NCBI GenBank assembly: GCA_963714975.1
Contig: CAVQQD010000002.1
Location: forward strand, 288,001 to 352,000
Source of the DNA: an uncultured Gammaproteobacteria bacterium
GTDB lineage: Bacteria > Pseudomonadota > Gammaproteobacteria > JAURND01
Length of the DNA: 64,000 bases
Direction: 5' to 3'
Shown here: positions 1-11,705 of the stretch, piece by piece
How the letters are laid out: every line of letters begins with the position of its first letter
Position numbering within the stretch: the first letter of the stretch is position 1
Position numbers and translations under genes: made by a program
The notes under the pieces: generated by a model
Seen by the model: the letters and a program-made list of their open reading frames with translations, nothing else
Told to the model about the DNA's origin: nothing
Databases searched by the model: none

Positions 1-766
1 CAGTGAAGCCGAAATATTCGCTATATTGGGTCTGCAGCAGGGTATAGACTTGAATATTATTTAATCCCGAAAATAAACTTTCCTTGCTAATACGTAAAAT
101 ACCGGTAATGACAGCTTTTTCTAAATAGGGATTGCTTTTTAACGCAGCGCCAAATAGACCGCGAATTAAGGAAATCATCTCATCATAATAATGATGCAAG
201 AAAGCCGAGTGCATAGGGGTATCGTACTCGTCAATTAATAGCCAAGGGCTTTTTCCATAGTGTTGAAACAAATAGCGAGTTAAAGACGCCAAGGATTTTT
301 CCAGTAAGCTTTGTTGGTTAGTTCCCCCTAAGATCGTATTAAAAAATTGCTTATCGGTAGCTTCTAAATGGGGGCTATGTAATAGGTAGCTATGTTCTCG
401 ATAGACTTCAGCTAATAACAGCCCTAATTTTTCTTTGGCTATGTCAAAAGAATGATCGCGGACGTCTTTTAGTGTCAGGAAAATAACCGGGTATTGACCT
501 TGGTGCTGCATGTATTTTTCACCTAAAGCAGCGATTTTTAAGCCGTCGAATAATCCTTGCGTAGATTTTCCATAAGCTTCTGCTGCCAAAAAGTAGTGCA
601 ACATGGATAAATTTAAAGTCTTACCGAAGCGGCGGGGGCGGGTGATTACTGCTACGTTCGTACCTCTGTCATCCAGAATTTCTTGGATAAATAAACTTTT
701 ATCGACAAAATCCAGTCGATAATCAATAAGTTTTCTAAAATTGTCATGGCCTAGGGGTAATAGCAT
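1..766 (-). CDS. AAA-ATPase-like / PD-(D/E)XK family protein, 5' part (runs off the window edge; not in ORF track)
   Basis: Manual translation from ATG at 766: MLLPLGHDNFRKLIDYRLDFVDKSLFIQEILDD...ITRPRRFGKTLNLSML, later LLIDEYDTP and VITGILR; paralog of 20045..21742. Confidence 0.9.
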   Translation of the reverse strand, partial: MLLPLGHDNFRKLIDYRLDFVDKSLFIQEILDDRGTNVAVITRPRRFGKTLNLSMLHYFLAAEAYGKSTQGLFDGLKIAALGEKYMQHQGQYPVIFLTLKDVRDHSFDIAKEKLGLLLAEVYREHSYLLHSPHLEATDKQFFNTILGGTNQQSLLEKSLASLTRYLFQHYGKSPWLLIDEYDTPMHSAFLHHYYDEMISLIRGLFGAALKSNPYLEKAVITGILRISKESLFSGLNNIQVYTLLQTQYSEYFGFT

Positions 767-884
767 GAAAAGCCTTATTAAATGAATTGAATGAATGAAT
801 TTTAGCTTAAAGTTCTATGCGCTGTCACGATTCTCTTTCATTAGGGAAAACTGCACACATAACTTTGTAGGGACAAAAATAATT

Positions 885-1020
885 TAAGCAGAGCAGCGGA
901 GCCCCCTGCGGGGATCCGCCTCCGTGGCACCTCCTCGGCCGATTTACCTACGGCCTCATCGCCCTGCTCAAGTGACGCCGGCATTATTCGTGCACGCTTC
1001 TGGGATCTTCTGACCGCAGT
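885..1020. ncRNA. GC-rich structured intergenic element, candidate sRNA
   Basis: Hairpins gcggagcccc-ctgc-ggggatccgc and ggccg..cggcc enclosed by gagcag..ctgctc; much higher GC than flanks; no ORF; family not recognised. Confidence 0.35.
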
Positions 1021-1111
1021 TTTAATTACACCCAGCGTTGACGCCTAGGTTGTCAGCAATTGCCTTACCTGGTTACAATACGGGCTTGAGCTATTCAGGA
1101 CCGACCCCTAA

Positions 1112-4100
1112 ATGCAACTAAAGACGATAAAATTAGCCGGATTTAAATCCTTTGTGGATCCCACCACGGTATTGCTGCAAAGCCATTTGACGGCTATTGT
1201 CGGCCCGAATGGCTGTGGCAAGTCGAATATTGTCGATGCTATTCGCTGGGTGATTGGCGAGAGTTCGGCCCGTCAATTGCGCGGCGAATTATTAACAGAC
1301 GTGATCTTTAATGGTACGGCAAGCCGCAAGCCGGTCAGTCAAGCTTCCATTGAATTGCTTTTTGATAACAGCCAAGGGCGTTGGGGAGGGGCTTATGCCC
1401 AGTATGGTCAAATAGCCATTCGGCGGGAAATTCTGCGGGATGGTCAATCGCAATTTTATCTGAACGGTAGTCACTGTCGCCGGCGCGATATTACTGATAT
1501 TTTCTTGGGCACCGGCCTTGGTGCTTCAAACTACGCGATCATTGAACAAGGGACGATCACCAAGTTCTTTGAGAGCAAGCCTGAAGAGTTGCGTGTCCAC
1601 TTAGAAGAAGCGGCCGGAATTTCCAAATATCGCGAACGTCGGCGTGAAACTGAAAATCGTATAAAAGCAACCCGCGAAAATCTCAGTCGCTTAAGTGACC
1701 TGCGTCAAGAAATTGCCAAGCAGCTTGAGCATCTAAAGCGCCAAGCGAATGCCGCCGAACGATATAAGGCTTTAAAACAAGAACAACGTGGTTATCGAGC
1801 ACAATGGCACGTCCTGCATTATCGAGCTATCAATCAGCAGCTTCAGGAAAAACAGCAAGTGCTGCAAGTCCAAGCTACTCAATTAGAAGCCAAGATGGCT
1901 GACTACCGCCGGTATGAACGTGATATCGAAGTGGAGCGTGCTGAACAAAATTCTGCCAATGAAGCGGCCAATGCGGTGCAAGCGCAGTTCTATGCCCTGG
2001 GCGCCGATATTGCTCGCCAAGAACAGAGCATTACCCATATTCAAGAACGTGAGCGGCAATTGACTGCAGACATCCGGCAGCTTGAGCAAGCTTGGCAAGA
2101 AGCCGACGCCGCGCTGCATGAAGACCAAGCGCAATTAGAGAATTTGGAGTTAGAGCTTGAGGCATTGCGTCCGCAACGCGAGCAAACTAGGGCAGTTGCA
2201 GAGCAGGCTCAAGCCAAGCTGCAGCAAGCGGAAAATCAATTAGCGATTTGGCAAGAACAATGGGAGCAGTTTCAAACTGAGACGGCGCAAATCAATCAAC
2301 AGGCGCAGGTGGAACAAACTCGCTTGCAGCATTTAAGCCAAAGGCAACAAAGCTTGGAACGAAACCTTGCCCGCGCCCAAGAGCAAATGCAAGCGCCTGG
2401 GTTAATTAGCTTGCCTGGCGAAATCACTCAACTGGCCGAGCAAACCTCGCAACAAAAACAACAGCTGGATGAGGTTCAGGCGGCTTTAAACGCACTAAAT
2501 GAGCAGATCCAACTCCAGCGCCAAACCAATCGTCAAGCAGAGTTGACGCGTGAACAAAGCCGACAAACCTGGCACCAATTGCTACAGCAACAAACCTCGC
2601 TTGAGGCTTTGCAACAAGCAGCCCTGGGTAAAAGCGAAGCTAACCTCAGTGAATGGTTGAAACAACAAGGTTGGCAGGATAAGCCACGATTATTGGAAAG
2701 TTTAAGGGTTCAAGCAGGATGGGAAGATGCAGTGGAAACCGTGTTGGCGGCGTATTTAGAGGCTATTTGTGTCGACACTGCTGCAGACATCCATCATGCA
2801 GTTGCGCAGTTTACGGAGGGTAAGTTAGCGCTATTCAATCCCCAATACCAGCCCAACTTGCCGCCTAGCCAGGTGCAAGCGGTTGCCCTCGCTAATAAGA
2901 TTCAAACTCCAGATTCGATTCGGCATTTATTAGCGGGTATCTATGCGGCAGAGACCTTGGCTGAAGCTTTGGATTTAACTGCTGTGCTTGCCGCACACGA
3001 ATCGGTGATCACCAAAGAAGGCTACTGGCTTGGCGCTACTTGGCTGCGCTTCAACAAAAACCATGATCCGCATCAGGGTGTTTTGCAGCGTAAACAAGCA
3101 TTAGAAAACTTAAATCCGCAAATTCAACAACAGGAACAGCAGCTACAGGAAGCAGAACATCGCTGTCGTGCCGGCCAGGAAACCTTGGCGAAGTTAGAGG
3201 AGCAACGTGACAGCAACCAGCGCTTATTTCGAGAACTTTCTGCTCAATATCATCAACTGCATGCGCAGTGGCAGAGCAAGCAAACGCAGCTGGAACAATT
3301 GCAAAAACGCTATCATGGCTTGCAGCAAGAATGCCAAGAACAGCAACGGCAGCTGCTGGAAACCCAGGCAGAATTAGCCCTAGCGCAACAAAACCTGGAA
3401 CAGGCTTTAGCCCAACAAGCTAAAGTGAGTGCTACTCAGCAATTTTTAGTCCAACGTCGCGATAGTTTAAGGCAAGCCTTGCAGCAGTGTCGTCAGCAGG
3501 CGCAGACTGATAAACAGGTCGCCGATGAACATCAAGTGCGTGTATCCTCTTTAGAAAGCCAATATCACTATTTGCAACAAAATATTGTGCGGGCGCAGAA
3601 ACAATTGTCGCAACTGACAGAACGTCGCGAGGATATCACGACGCGTTTTACCGAACTTAAGCAACCTTTGCCACAATTGCAGGAGAGTTTGCAAGCCTTG
3701 TTAACTCAACGCCTAGAGGTGGAAAAAACCTTAGCTAATGCTAGAGAAAACGTTAATCAACTCAACCAGAAATTGCGCAGCTTAGACACCTTGCGCGTGC
3801 AAACTGAAAGCGAAGTTCAGGCAATTCGAGAGATTTTAGCGCAAATTCGCATTGATCAAGGCAGCTTGCAAGCCCACCAAGAAAATCACCGTGAGCAAGT
3901 TCTGGCTCTAGATTTTGCTATCGAACCGGTCTTAGCAGAACTGCCCGAGGAAGCCAATCTCGATGCCTGGCAGGAGCGGCTGAATCAAATTGAGGACCGG
4001 ATTCGGCGTCTGGGTGCTATTAACTTAGCCGCAATTGATGAATATAATGTAGCCCAAGAACGTAAGACTTATTTAGATAGTCAAGATCAGGATTTATCAG

Positions 4101-4624
4101 AGGCATTGGCTACTCTTGAAGAAGCTATCCGCAAAATCGATCGTGAATCGCGGGAACGGCTGCAAGCAACTTTTGATCGTGCCAACGCCGGATTTAAAGA
4201 GCTTTTTACTAAAGTATTTGAAGGAGGCCATGCCGAATTAGAATTAACTGGAGATGAGCTGCTCAATGCGGGGGTGGTGATTCGTGCCCAACCGCCTGGG
4301 AAGCGCAACGCCCTACTGCACTTGCTTTCCGGTGGAGAAAAGGCCCTGACCGCAATTGCTCTGGTATTTGCCTTATTCCAGCTTAATCCTGCGCCTTTTT
4401 GCGTATTAGATGAAGTTGATGCCCCTCTGGATGAAGCAAATGTGCGACGTTTTTGTCGTTTAGTGGAATCGATGTCTGCTAGCGTACAATTTATTTTTAT
4501 TACGCATAACAAGGTGACGATGGAAATGGCTAAGCAGTTAATTGGCATTACCATGCAAGAGCCAGGGGTTTCACGTTTAGTATCGGTGGATATTGATCAA
4601 GCCATAGCGATGGCGGATTCTTAA
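1112..4624 (+). CDS. smc: Chromosome segregation protein SMC
   Basis: GFKSF, Walker A GPNGCGKSN, long coiled coils with hinge, LSGGEK signature, Walker B LDEVDAPLD. Confidence 0.98.
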   Translation: MQLKTIKLAGFKSFVDPTTVLLQSHLTAIVGPNGCGKSNIVDAIRWVIGESSARQLRGELLTDVIFNGTASRKPVSQASIELLFDNSQGRWGGAYAQYGQIAIRREILRDGQSQFYLNGSHCRRRDITDIFLGTGLGASNYAIIEQGTITKFFESKPEELRVHLEEAAGISKYRERRRETENRIKATRENLSRLSDLRQEIAKQLEHLKRQANAAERYKALKQEQRGYRAQWHVLHYRAINQQLQEKQQVLQVQATQLEAKMADYRRYERDIEVERAEQNSANEAANAVQAQFYALGADIARQEQSITHIQERERQLTADIRQLEQAWQEADAALHEDQAQLENLELELEALRPQREQTRAVAEQAQAKLQQAENQLAIWQEQWEQFQTETAQINQQAQVEQTRLQHLSQRQQSLERNLARAQEQMQAPGLISLPGEITQLAEQTSQQKQQLDEVQAALNALNEQIQLQRQTNRQAELTREQSRQTWHQLLQQQTSLEALQQAALGKSEANLSEWLKQQGWQDKPRLLESLRVQAGWEDAVETVLAAYLEAICVDTAADIHHAVAQFTEGKLALFNPQYQPNLPPSQVQAVALANKIQTPDSIRHLLAGIYAAETLAEALDLTAVLAAHESVITKEGYWLGATWLRFNKNHDPHQGVLQRKQALENLNPQIQQQEQQLQEAEHRCRAGQETLAKLEEQRDSNQRLFRELSAQYHQLHAQWQSKQTQLEQLQKRYHGLQQECQEQQRQLLETQAELALAQQNLEQALAQQAKVSATQQFLVQRRDSLRQALQQCRQQAQTDKQVADEHQVRVSSLESQYHYLQQNIVRAQKQLSQLTERREDITTRFTELKQPLPQLQESLQALLTQRLEVEKTLANARENVNQLNQKLRSLDTLRVQTESEVQAIREILAQIRIDQGSLQAHQENHREQVLALDFAIEPVLAELPEEANLDAWQERLNQIEDRIRRLGAINLAAIDEYNVAQERKTYLDSQDQDLSEALATLEEAIRKIDRESRERLQATFDRANAGFKELFTKVFEGGHAELELTGDELLNAGVVIRAQPPGKRNALLHLLSGGEKALTAIALVFALFQLNPAPFCVLDEVDAPLDEANVRRFCRLVESMSASVQFIFITHNKVTMEMAKQLIGITMQEPGVSRLVSVDIDQAIAMADS

Positions 4625-4636
4625 AAGGAGGTAATT

Positions 4637-5290
4637 ATGAGTTACATTATTTTACTGGTTTTATTAGTGGTGGTAGGTTTTAGCATCTACCGTGCTTCAG
4701 TGCAAAGAACCCTGTCGACCCGCAAGCACCAAGAACCTAGTTTTGGACTGGGCAATGGCGATGAATTCAATGACCTCAACGACAAAGAGGAGTGGGTAGG
4801 CCCGGTTCGCTATGTCACGCAACCCAAATCTGCTACCGCAAATGCTCCGAGCAAGCCAATAGATCTCAATGATTTCATTATCATCCACCTCTTTGCCGAA
4901 CCCGGAAAATTTTATGGTGGTTATGAATTGTTACAAGCGTTGCTTTCTTGTGGCTTACGTCATAACAATAAAAGAGACATTTTTCATTCCCACGCCACTG
5001 CCCCAGGCCAAGGCCCAGAATTATTTAGCTTAGTTTCGGCGGTAGAACCGGGTATTTTCGATCTCTCCAAAATCAGCAGTTTTTCCACGCCGGGATTGAC
5101 CTTATATCTGCAAATTTCAGCGGTTAAAAATCCTAGTGAAGCCTTAGCGCAAATGATTGAAGCCGCAAAAGACTTAGCAAATCATCTGGGGGGAGAGGTC
5201 TTCGATGCAAAACGGGAACCGTTAAGTGTCGAAAAAATGGCGCAATTGCAACAGCTGGTCACTCAAAAGGCACAAGTTTATGCTGACTGA
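4637..5290 (+). CDS. zipA: Cell division protein ZipA
   Basis: N-terminal TM anchor, EPS motif, C-terminal FtsZ-binding domain (LFSL..AVEPGIFD, TPGLTL); smc-zipA-ligA synteny. Confidence 0.85.
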   Translation: MSYIILLVLLVVVGFSIYRASVQRTLSTRKHQEPSFGLGNGDEFNDLNDKEEWVGPVRYVTQPKSATANAPSKPIDLNDFIIIHLFAEPGKFYGGYELLQALLSCGLRHNNKRDIFHSHATAPGQGPELFSLVSAVEPGIFDLSKISSFSTPGLTLYLQISAVKNPSEALAQMIEAAKDLANHLGGEVFDAKREPLSVEKMAQLQQLVTQKAQVYAD

Positions 5291-5404
5291 ATTTTCTGCG
5301 ATTCATTTTCGTGGATTTCAAGAAATTAAACTCGATTCCCTAGCCCGTATTAATTTGATTATTGGTAAAAATAATGTGGGGATAGCAGCACACTTGAAGT
5401 TAGA

Positions 5405-5420
<16 letters not shown>
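5280..5420 (+). pseudogene. N-terminal fragment of an ABC/AAA_15-like ATPase
   Basis: MLTEFSAIHFRGFQEIKLDSLARINLIIGKNNVG: typical FRGF...INLIIGKNNxGK start, broken just before the Walker A lysine. Confidence 0.7.
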
Positions 5421-7727
<2,307 letters not shown>

Positions 7728-7790
7728 ATTTTTACACACAAAGGATGGTGAATGATTACAAAATTTTAAACAATCAACGAATGAACAACC

Positions 7791-8339
7791 ATGAGAATCA
7801 CCGAAGAACAAAAACCCCTTTTAACCAACTATTTTAAAAAATTATTTCCCCAAAGCAAGAGTGTGACGTTTATAAATAATTCTGAAGGAGAGATCGTGGG
7901 TGTGTCTATTTTTTATGGCGAAAAGCATGCAGCGTTGCAACAAGAACTCCCTATATTAGAAAAAAAACTTGCCTCACTGTATCCCAATCAGGAGCAACAA
8001 CCCCAGATCAAAATTGGTACGGGTGAAACATTTCGCCATCTTACTGTGCGTAATTCTGACGCAATGGCTCGCTTTTACCAGGATGCTCTGGCACAACAAC
8101 AAGCGATTCAAGATAATAATAAACAGTGGAAAAAAGGGGTATTGGCTTTTCTTGGAGCTTCATGCCAGAGGAATAGCAGTTCCTCGGCCTATGGCAAGTT
8201 TTTTCATCACCCCAATTTCGAAAAGAAGCTGATTGAAAAACATATTCTACCCTTTGGATTATACCCAACCTCTGTAGGGGGGGGGGGAATAATCCCCCCC
8301 TTTTTCAAAGGGGGGGATTTCGGTTTTCTAATTGAATAG
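7791..8339 (+). CDS. Hypothetical protein
   Basis: 182-aa ORF; C-terminus reads through a G11 tract and a family-B palindrome. Confidence 0.65.
   Translation: MRITEEQKPLLTNYFKKLFPQSKSVTFINNSEGEIVGVSIFYGEKHAALQQELPILEKKLASLYPNQEQQPQIKIGTGETFRHLTVRNSDAMARFYQDALAQQQAIQDNNKQWKKGVLAFLGASCQRNSSSSAYGKFFHHPNFEKKLIEKHILPFGLYPTSVGGGGIIPPFFKGGDFGFLIE
8270..8320. repeat. Family-B palindrome (ATCCCCC..TTT..AAAGGGGG type)
   Basis: aatccccccctttttcaaagggggggatt preceded by ctctgtagggg, as in the 34084-34248 element. Confidence 0.75.
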
Positions 8340-10151
8340 AAGGGTCCTCTCAGGGACCGTCTGCGGATCTTGAGCAATTTGCTGCAGCAAGGCCTGGGAT
8401 TCTGGAACATTGGTCTTTTGCAATAATTGCCGTGCCGTAACTCCAAACATATTAGGCAGGTCGACTTTAGCTTGGGCTGAAATCAAGGCCTCAGCAACTT
8501 CAAAGTCGTTTTGCCTGATAGCCATATGCAATGGGGTATCTCCAAAGGTATTTGCGATGTTTATATCCGCGCCTTTTTCGATGATTGATTCTATTAATTC
8601 AGGATTTTCAGCCTTCGCGATCAATAAGTGTAAGGCAGTATTGCCATGATTATCTTGAAGGTCGAGATTCACTGTGTTCGAATTTATAAGTCTGGTTAAT
8701 TCCTTCATGTCGTCTTGATAAATAGCCTGATGCAGCAACAATGGGGCTTTTTTCAGGTGCTGAACCGGATTTTTTTTCACCTCCTCCTTTTGAGGTTTTG
8801 GTGCAGGTTTAAAATGGGATAATAAACCCTGATAAGTTGATTTAGACTCAGTTGGGGGTGTGGCTTTTTTTAACTTATCCTCCTTGGCAAGAGTTCCTTG
8901 GGAAAATTCAAGGAGATCAGTCACATGAGGCAAAATTGTTTTCTCAGCCGCTTGATATTGGTCCGCGCCGAGTACCGTGCTAAGCAAAACTTTATGGGTC
9001 TGCATTTGTTCATACACGGCCAGCTTTTCTAGTGGGGGCATCCGCTTCAACTCTTGGGCAAAAGAGAAGGGATACTCTTGGGTAATTAAATACTTTAGAT
9101 CCCATAATCCTGCTTCAATGACTTGCAGCTGAGCTCGAGCAACGACCTTTTGTTGCTCTTTTTCAGTCGAAGGAGCTCCTTCATAAGCCTGGGTCAAATT
9201 AGCAAAAGCTCGATAAAAATCTGCTACTTCCGCCATAGTCGGCCTTTGCTTTGGATTTAAATTTTCCGTACGCGCGATAAAGTGAGTGAGCACATCTCGA
9301 TCCTCAGCTGACATGCCTTGTGGAAGATCAAGTAAGCCCGCTTTAGCAAAGGGACTTCTAATGTGCGCGCGTTTTACTGCATCGCTAGCATTTTTATTAA
9401 AGCGCTTATTAGCTAAGGGATCAGGAACTCGGAGTAAATATAAGGCAATATTATTCATCATATAAACGTCGGTAGCCAAGCCGATTTTAGGTCTACCATC
9501 TGCAGAACCTAGCCTGGTTGCTTCGGGAGCATAATAGGTCGCGTTTCTATTGCTTTTCAATTCTTTTAAATTTTGCGGATTGGGTAGTGTGTCCGCGAAA
9601 CTAAAATCGATGATGCGCAGAGTAGGTGGGGATTTGCTGAGGTTAACGATTACGTTGTCGTTTTTTAGGTCAAAATGACCCACATCATTTTCATGCAGGA
9701 GTTTAAGTTGCTCTGCCAACTCGGCAACTAGATGCAATCGATCAGCAGGACTAAGCTGATCTAATGCTCCTTGTGATATTTTATAAAGCGGCTTACCTTC
9801 AAATAAGGGTTTAAAAATAAACTTGCCGCCGCTGGGAAACTGCTTTGAGCTTTGAGTAAATTGTTTTACCTCATTCGCATCAACCGGTTTAAACCATTCC
9901 GACTCACCATATAATAGTTTTTCTGCTTCCCATTCCCTTGGTAAAAACTGAGTTTTATCTTTAATATATTTAATCCCAAACGGTTGTTGACCTCCTTCCG
10001 AATAAATCGCATAGTGGAAACTACCGAAGGAACCCTCACCCATTGCGTTTGGGTCAACGGCAAAAGTCTTGCCTGAAGGGTGTTTTATTATTATGGGGTT
10101 GATGATTGCTTTGGTTTTAGGCACGAATTTTGAGACTTTTTGGTCTGACAT
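8328..10151 (-). CDS. Eukaryotic-like Ser/Thr kinase with C-terminal ankyrin repeats (candidate effector)
   Basis: GEGSFG, GIK, HFDLKNDN, IIDFS, YYAPE, DVY; ankyrin repeats GNTALHL, GDTPLHMA, GVTARQL. Confidence 0.88.
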   Translation of the reverse strand: MSDQKVSKFVPKTKAIINPIIIKHPSGKTFAVDPNAMGEGSFGSFHYAIYSEGGQQPFGIKYIKDKTQFLPREWEAEKLLYGESEWFKPVDANEVKQFTQSSKQFPSGGKFIFKPLFEGKPLYKISQGALDQLSPADRLHLVAELAEQLKLLHENDVGHFDLKNDNVIVNLSKSPPTLRIIDFSFADTLPNPQNLKELKSNRNATYYAPEATRLGSADGRPKIGLATDVYMMNNIALYLLRVPDPLANKRFNKNASDAVKRAHIRSPFAKAGLLDLPQGMSAEDRDVLTHFIARTENLNPKQRPTMAEVADFYRAFANLTQAYEGAPSTEKEQQKVVARAQLQVIEAGLWDLKYLITQEYPFSFAQELKRMPPLEKLAVYEQMQTHKVLLSTVLGADQYQAAEKTILPHVTDLLEFSQGTLAKEDKLKKATPPTESKSTYQGLLSHFKPAPKPQKEEVKKNPVQHLKKAPLLLHQAIYQDDMKELTRLINSNTVNLDLQDNHGNTALHLLIAKAENPELIESIIEKGADINIANTFGDTPLHMAIRQNDFEVAEALISAQAKVDLPNMFGVTARQLLQKTNVPESQALLQQIAQDPQTVPERTLLFN

Positions 10152-10165
10152 ATATTTATCCTATG

Positions 10166-10243
10166 TATTTCCGTCATCTTGCGGCTATTTCTGGATCCCG
10201 CGGATGATCCCGGATCAAGTCCGGGAGCGGGACGACAGAAATA
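10166..10243. repeat. Family-C (RPE-like) palindrome
   Basis: ctggatcccgcggatgatcccggatcaagtccgggagcgggacgac; close reverse complement of 27881-27929. Confidence 0.8.
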
Positions 10244-10254
10244 AATAAAGATAT

Positions 10255-10286
10255 AATGTAACACAAAATTATTAAATTAATATTAA
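10255..10286 (-). promoter_or_regulatory. PmrA-like box plus -10 upstream of kinase-ankyrin gene
   Basis: Minus strand TTAATattaatTTAAT-N10-TACATT. Confidence 0.6.
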
Positions 10287-10288
10287 AC

Positions 10289-11131
10289 ATGGTTATAAAA
10301 TACATGAATTTTACAAAATATTTCCTTTACTGCAGCGGCATATTGTTACTGACTGCTCAAGCTAGCACTCCTTTAAACTCAGAGCTGCAGCATTTGCAGC
10401 AAGCTTACCCTCAGAGCTTAACCCCAGAAATTATCCAAACTCTGGCCGATGAAAATAAGCCAAAACCCAATCGATCTTGGGAAGAAAAATTACGCGATCC
10501 CTCACTAATGGATCAAATCCACGCGGTAAATTATCCGCTTGGCAAGATTGATCTGAACTCAGTATTCATGGCTAAACACGACCCAGGACGCATTCGCTTT
10601 CAGCCTTTGTTTGAAGCAATGTATGGTCATGATGAAAAGGAGGTTCGCGCTCATTTGACTACAGTTGCTTGGATGCCCCAGGTGTTTAAAAAGCCTGACG
10701 GCAGTCCTCGGTATCAAATTCGAGCGACGACTATTAATGGTGTGGCAGAAAAATTAACGCAAATTTCTACGGAATTAGAATCTTTGGTGCGCATTCACCC
10801 TGAATATATTCCCTATCTTGATCTTGGTGACGCAGGTGGAGTGTTCAGCTGGCGAAAAATTGCCAACAGCAACCGCATCAGTGTCCATAGCTTTGGCATT
10901 GCGATGGACATTAATCCCCAAGCGCCTTATAGCGATTATTGGCAATATGGTTTAAAGAAAAATGAGGTTCTGGACCATCGAGGGCGTGAAAACTCTCAGC
11001 TGGCTCATTATGCGCGATATATCACCCCCTGGCCTATCGTGTTAATTTTTGAAAAATATAAATTTATTTGGGGTGGGAAATGGTATCACTATGACACCAT
11101 GCACTTTGAATATCGACCGGAGTTGTTTTAG
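10289..11131 (+). CDS. M15 family metallopeptidase (peptidoglycan peptidase)
   Basis: Signal peptide; SVHSFGIAMD and DTMHFEYRPE Zn motifs; FIWGGKW. Confidence 0.9.
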   Translation: MVIKYMNFTKYFLYCSGILLLTAQASTPLNSELQHLQQAYPQSLTPEIIQTLADENKPKPNRSWEEKLRDPSLMDQIHAVNYPLGKIDLNSVFMAKHDPGRIRFQPLFEAMYGHDEKEVRAHLTTVAWMPQVFKKPDGSPRYQIRATTINGVAEKLTQISTELESLVRIHPEYIPYLDLGDAGGVFSWRKIANSNRISVHSFGIAMDINPQAPYSDYWQYGLKKNEVLDHRGRENSQLAHYARYITPWPIVLIFEKYKFIWGGKWYHYDTMHFEYRPELF

Positions 11132-11140
11132 CTCCTAAGT

Positions 11141-11189
11141 CCCCTCTCCCCCGCCTGAGCGTTAGCGAAGGAGGGCGCGCGGGAAAAGG
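11141..11189. repeat. Family-A palindrome (degenerate)
   Basis: cccctctcccccgcctgagcgttagcgaaggagggcgcgcgggaaaagg; similar to the copy in the glyQ 3' end. Confidence 0.65.
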
Positions 11190-11205
11190 CAATAATAGCA
11201 AGCGG

Positions 11206-11613
11206 CTACTGAATGTTGGGATTACTAGGATTTAAAGAAGGAGAGGCATTATCCGGCGGCGCAGAACGTCTCGTTAAAGACTTGCGGGCTTCATTCGCTT
11301 TGCTCAACACATACCCTGCGACCAACAATATGATGAAATACTGGAGAAAAATATAACCAGCTTTTTCCCAGCCAGCAGAGCTACTCAAGCTAGAAGATCC
11401 GTTCACATAATTTCTTAGTAAACTGTCACTATCCAACCCCAGCTTAAAATTATCCGTAATAGGTAATATCATATCTCCTACTGGATCAGAACCGAAGCTC
11501 GCAGCAGCTATATCTGGATCAAACGTCGAAGCGACCGCGCCCCCAACGGCAGCTATCCCTAGCTTGCCCATGTGCCTTTTGAACCATGAAGGCTGATTTG
11601 AGGAGTTTGGCAT
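11206..11613 (-). CDS. Hypothetical membrane protein
   Basis: 135 aa with two hydrophobic segments; no recognisable family. Confidence 0.65.
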   Translation of the reverse strand: MPNSSNQPSWFKRHMGKLGIAAVGGAVASTFDPDIAAASFGSDPVGDMILPITDNFKLGLDSDSLLRNYVNGSSSLSSSAGWEKAGYIFLQYFIILLVAGYVLSKANEARKSLTRRSAPPDNASPSLNPSNPNIQ

Positions 11614-11705
11614 ATAACGAACCTTTCATACAATAGTCTATATTAATTCCCTGACAGCCTACCTTTGGCTGCCAGGGAGATAATGGACGATAAATTTTTT
11701 ATCAA

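Noticed and set aside
925-970. Hammerhead ribozyme or fluoride riboswitch resemblance (minus strand ggcgatgaggccg..cggccgagg)
   Set aside because: Lacks the CUGAUGA and GAAA cores and the pairing needed for the crcB motif
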